DNA from: Pseudohongiellaceae bacterium
GTDB taxonomy: Bacteria > Pseudomonadota > Gammaproteobacteria > Pseudomonadales > Pseudohongiellaceae
DNA length: 64,000 bases
Direction: 5' to 3'
Assembly (NCBI GenBank): GCA_965662565.1
Contig: CBFIHS010000004.1
Span: 2,511 to 66,510 of the forward strand
Part shown: positions 61,530-64,000 of the stretch, one piece after another
Layout: each line of letters starts with the position of its first letter
Numbering within the stretch: the first letter of the stretch is position 1
The notes under the pieces: model-generated
Told to the model about the DNA's origin: nothing
Databases searched by the model: none
The model's input: the letters and a program-made list of their open reading frames with translations, nothing else
Translations under genes and position numbers: made by a program

Positions 61530-62747
61530 ATGCGTGCAATTAAACAGTCAGACAAGCTAAAACAAGTTTGTTATGAAATTCGAGGCTCAGCTCTTCAAGC
61601 AGCCAAACAGCTTGAAGAAGAAGGTCATAAGATCACTAAGCTTAATATCGGTAACCCCGGTGCTTTTGATTTTGATGCGCCCGATGAGATCATCCAAGAT
61701 GTCATCCACAACCTTCATGACGCAGAACCCTACTCTGACTCAAAAGGTTTGTTTTCAGCACGAAAGGCCGTTATGCATGAAACACAACGCTTGAAAATTA
61801 AAGGCGTTGAAATTGATGATATTTACCTTGGCAATGGTGTTAGCGAATTAATCGTAATGGCCATGCAGGCGCTTTTAAATAATGGCGATGAAGTTCTAGT
61901 TCCTGCACCAGACTATCCCTTATGGACTGCAGCCGTTAGCCTTGGTGGCGGTAAACCAGTTCACTACATTTGTGATGAATCAGCTGATTGGTTTCCAGAC
62001 ATAGAAGATATCCGATCAAAAATTACTGACCGCACAAAAGCTTTAATCATCATTAACCCTAACAACCCAACAGGAGCGGTTTACAGTAAAGAGTTACTTG
62101 AAGAAATCATTGCTCTTGCGCGTGAGCATGATCTAATTCTCTACGCTGACGAAATTTATGACAAAATTCTTTATGATGATGCTCAGCATATTCCTTTAGC
62201 TTCCTTATGTGATGATTTATTAGTTCTTACTTTTAATGGCTTATCGAAAACTTATAGGTTAGCTGGTTTTAGATCCGGCTGGCTTGTGATCAGCGGCAAT
62301 AAAGACAGTGCCCGAGACTATCTAGAGGGAATAGAAATACTTTCTAACATGAGGCTGTGCTCAAATGTCCCGGCTCAGTTGGCAATACAAACTGCTTTAG
62401 GCGGCTATCAAAGCATCAACGAATTGATTCTTCCTCAGGGTCGCTTGTACGAGCAGCGTAACCTTGCCTATAAAATGCTGAATAACATACCTGGAGTAAG
62501 CTGCACTTTGCCTAAAGGGGCTATCTATATTTTTCCGAAGCTGGACCCTAAAAAATTCAATATATTGAATGATGAAAAACTAATCTTGGAATTCTTATTA
62601 CAAGAAAAAGTTCTAATGGTACAAGGCAGTGGCTTTAATATAAAAGACCACAATCATTTTAGGATTGTCTTTCTTCCTCGAGAAGATGCCTTGGAAGATT
62701 CTATTAATAAGTTAGCTCGCTTCCTGGACAAGTATTCACAAAGCTAG
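61530..62747 (+). CDS. PLP-dependent class I aminotransferase, AlaA/YfbQ-like
   Basis: 405 aa. IINPNNPTGAVY and PLP-Lys context NGLSKTYRLAGFRSGW. Confidence 0.85.
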   Translation: MRAIKQSDKLKQVCYEIRGSALQAAKQLEEEGHKITKLNIGNPGAFDFDAPDEIIQDVIHNLHDAEPYSDSKGLFSARKAVMHETQRLKIKGVEIDDIYLGNGVSELIVMAMQALLNNGDEVLVPAPDYPLWTAAVSLGGGKPVHYICDESADWFPDIEDIRSKITDRTKALIIINPNNPTGAVYSKELLEEIIALAREHDLILYADEIYDKILYDDAQHIPLASLCDDLLVLTFNGLSKTYRLAGFRSGWLVISGNKDSARDYLEGIEILSNMRLCSNVPAQLAIQTALGGYQSINELILPQGRLYEQRNLAYKMLNNIPGVSCTLPKGAIYIFPKLDPKKFNILNDEKLILEFLLQEKVLMVQGSGFNIKDHNHFRIVFLPREDALEDSINKLARFLDKYSQS

Positions 62748-63883
62748 CTGAAGCCGAGAGTTTTTAATAGATTTGCGGCTTTGGGATGGTAGGCAGAATA
62801 GTCGAGACAAAAATATGAAAATTCTCGTCTGTAGGCGTATTCTTTTCGCAGTTTATCAAAGCTAACTCCAGATTCATCGCCCGTCCTCAGCACTTGCATT
62901 AGTTTTTTAGAATCTTCTGATACATTGTAAGCGCTGAGGATCGTCAAATTGATTTGCGCAAGAGCATCCTCCGGCAAATCTAAATTTAGCTCTGCTTGTT
63001 CAGTGTTAATTGGATAAGGCCGGGCATCTGGGATTTGATAATATTTAACAAATGAATCATAAATTTGAGCAGTCCCCTTTTCTTTGCCTTCAAAACTGTA
63101 ACCCGCAATGTGACTACTGCCAATATCGACTTTCTTAAGTAAGTCTAAATTTATATTCGGTTCATTTTCCCAAACATCTAACACACATTTTAGATAAGGA
63201 GACTTTTTAATTGTCTCTAGTAAAGCCTGATTATCAATAACTCCACCTCTAGCCGCATTGATGATGAAGGTATCCTTAGTTAGACCATCTAAAACATTTT
63301 GGTCAATAAAATGAAAAGTTGGATGTGCTGTAGCTCTTGTTAAAGGAGTGTGTATAGTGACAAGATCTTGTTTCATAACAGTTTCAAAGTCAGTCATTCG
63401 TTCGGCAAAACGATGGCTCGAATCAAGAAAAGGATCATAAATAAGGAATGGAAGCTCAAGATTCTGAAGTACTTCAGCTAACAAAGCACCAATATTTCCT
63501 GCACCAACGATTCCAAACCTTAACTCCCTCCAATCCATTTGATATTTATTGGAAAGATATGCCAGTGATGAAAAAAAATACTGAACTACTGACATAGCAT
63601 TAGAACCAGGGGCATAGGCAAAGTGAACATCATTTTGCTGCAAGTAATTTAGGTCGACATGATCAATACCGCTAGTTGCACTAGCAATAAATTTGACATT
63701 ACTTTTTTTTAATAAATTTGAATCAATTTTTGTGACGGAACGAATCAACAAAGCATCTGCTTTACTGACTAATTCAGGAGTGAAGGCGCGACCATTAATT
63801 TTTTCTAAAATGCCTAATTTTTCAAAGGGTTCTAAACCAGAAATATTTTCATCAGCAACAATATAAATAGGTTTACTGTTCAT
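62744..63883 (-). CDS. pdxB: 4-phosphoerythronate dehydrogenase
   Basis: 379 aa. D-2-hydroxyacid dehydrogenase fold with NAD motif VGAGNIGALL, plus the PdxB-specific C-terminal domain length. Confidence 0.85.
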   Translation of the reverse strand: MNSKPIYIVADENISGLEPFEKLGILEKINGRAFTPELVSKADALLIRSVTKIDSNLLKKSNVKFIASATSGIDHVDLNYLQQNDVHFAYAPGSNAMSVVQYFFSSLAYLSNKYQMDWRELRFGIVGAGNIGALLAEVLQNLELPFLIYDPFLDSSHRFAERMTDFETVMKQDLVTIHTPLTRATAHPTFHFIDQNVLDGLTKDTFIINAARGGVIDNQALLETIKKSPYLKCVLDVWENEPNINLDLLKKVDIGSSHIAGYSFEGKEKGTAQIYDSFVKYYQIPDARPYPINTEQAELNLDLPEDALAQINLTILSAYNVSEDSKKLMQVLRTGDESGVSFDKLRKEYAYRREFSYFCLDYSAYHPKAANLLKTLGFS

Positions 63884-63892
63884 CGATTAAGC

Positions 63893-64000
63893 TTATTCAG
63901 TACTAGAAAGATCACTGGAACTATCGTTATCATTTTTTTGAATAAGATACTCAAACTCTTTTTCTAGTTCTGCAGTACTTAATAAAGTATGCCCTAAAAA
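63893..64000 (-). CDS. C-terminal end of an unidentified protein; the gene starts beyond the window
   Basis: Manual minus-strand translation reads ...FLGHTLLSTAELEKEFEYLIQKNDNDSSSDLSSTE then TAA at 63895-63893. Open to the window edge. No family recognised. Confidence 0.4.
   Translation of the reverse strand, partial: FLGHTLLSTAELEKEFEYLIQKNDNDSSSDLSSTE

Noticed and set aside
62744-62747. The convergent aminotransferase and pdxB genes overlap by 4 nt, sharing CTAG within the palindrome GCTAGC so that each strand reads TAG.
   Set aside because: A neat but trivial consequence of a palindromic stop overlap, with no functional implication that I can support.
1-64000. Searched the whole window for defence systems, toxin-antitoxin pairs, prophage or IS elements, secondary-metabolite genes or other novel multi-gene cassettes.
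   Set aside because: Every multi-gene block is a recognisable housekeeping operon. The only unexplained coding DNA is the 159-aa ORF next to the recombinase-like gene, which is too little to call a system.

Overview
A visibly AT-rich chromosomal segment from a gammaproteobacterium. Gene order resembles Pseudomonadales/Cellvibrionales-type genomes as I remember them; no search was run. I call 54 protein-coding loci, almost all housekeeping and mostly on the minus strand. In order they are: lpxK(partial)-msbA-exbD-exbB, comEC, a secreted esterase, and lolE-lolD-lolC. Then comes a 1.3-kb two-gene islet holding an orphan ORF and a serine-recombinase-like gene. After that comes the complete 13-gene nuoA-N operon with fused nuoCD, then sthA, a long-form GAPDH divergent from mfd, a CsiV-like gene, an MTAP-family phosphorylase and nfuA. 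Next are a DUF2970 gene, cysI plus DUF934, sohB, dnaQ, rnhA, a methyltransferase and gloB. These are followed by a four-gene peptide-type ABC importer and the classical tig-clpP-clpX-lon-hupB-ppiD block. The window ends with a COG1033-type RND exporter divergent from a TPR + beta-barrel (Slam/DUF560-like) gene, msrB, an AlaA-like aminotransferase, pdxB and an unidentified gene end. I saw no rRNA, tRNA, CRISPR array, prophage, transposase or recognisable defence or toxin module. I did not find a convincing novel multi-gene system. Several things do stand out. (1) Three genes (comEC, the esterase, the Slam-like OMP) are interrupted, each by a net 1-nt deletion, and the OMP also carries an in-frame TGA. 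All three are dispensable envelope or uptake functions, which suggests genuine gene decay. (2) The small islet between lolC and nuoN is flanked by a 12/13-nt direct repeat, and its recombinase has substitutions at catalytic positions. (3) Short 9-13-nt tandem repeats recur in intergenic spacers, most strikingly six 11-nt units that start inside the clpP stop region. (4) A 715-bp ORF-free region lies upstream of tig. (5) The RND exporter and the eroded Slam-like gene are divergently paired. All functional calls rest on motif and family recognition by eye from the supplied translations.
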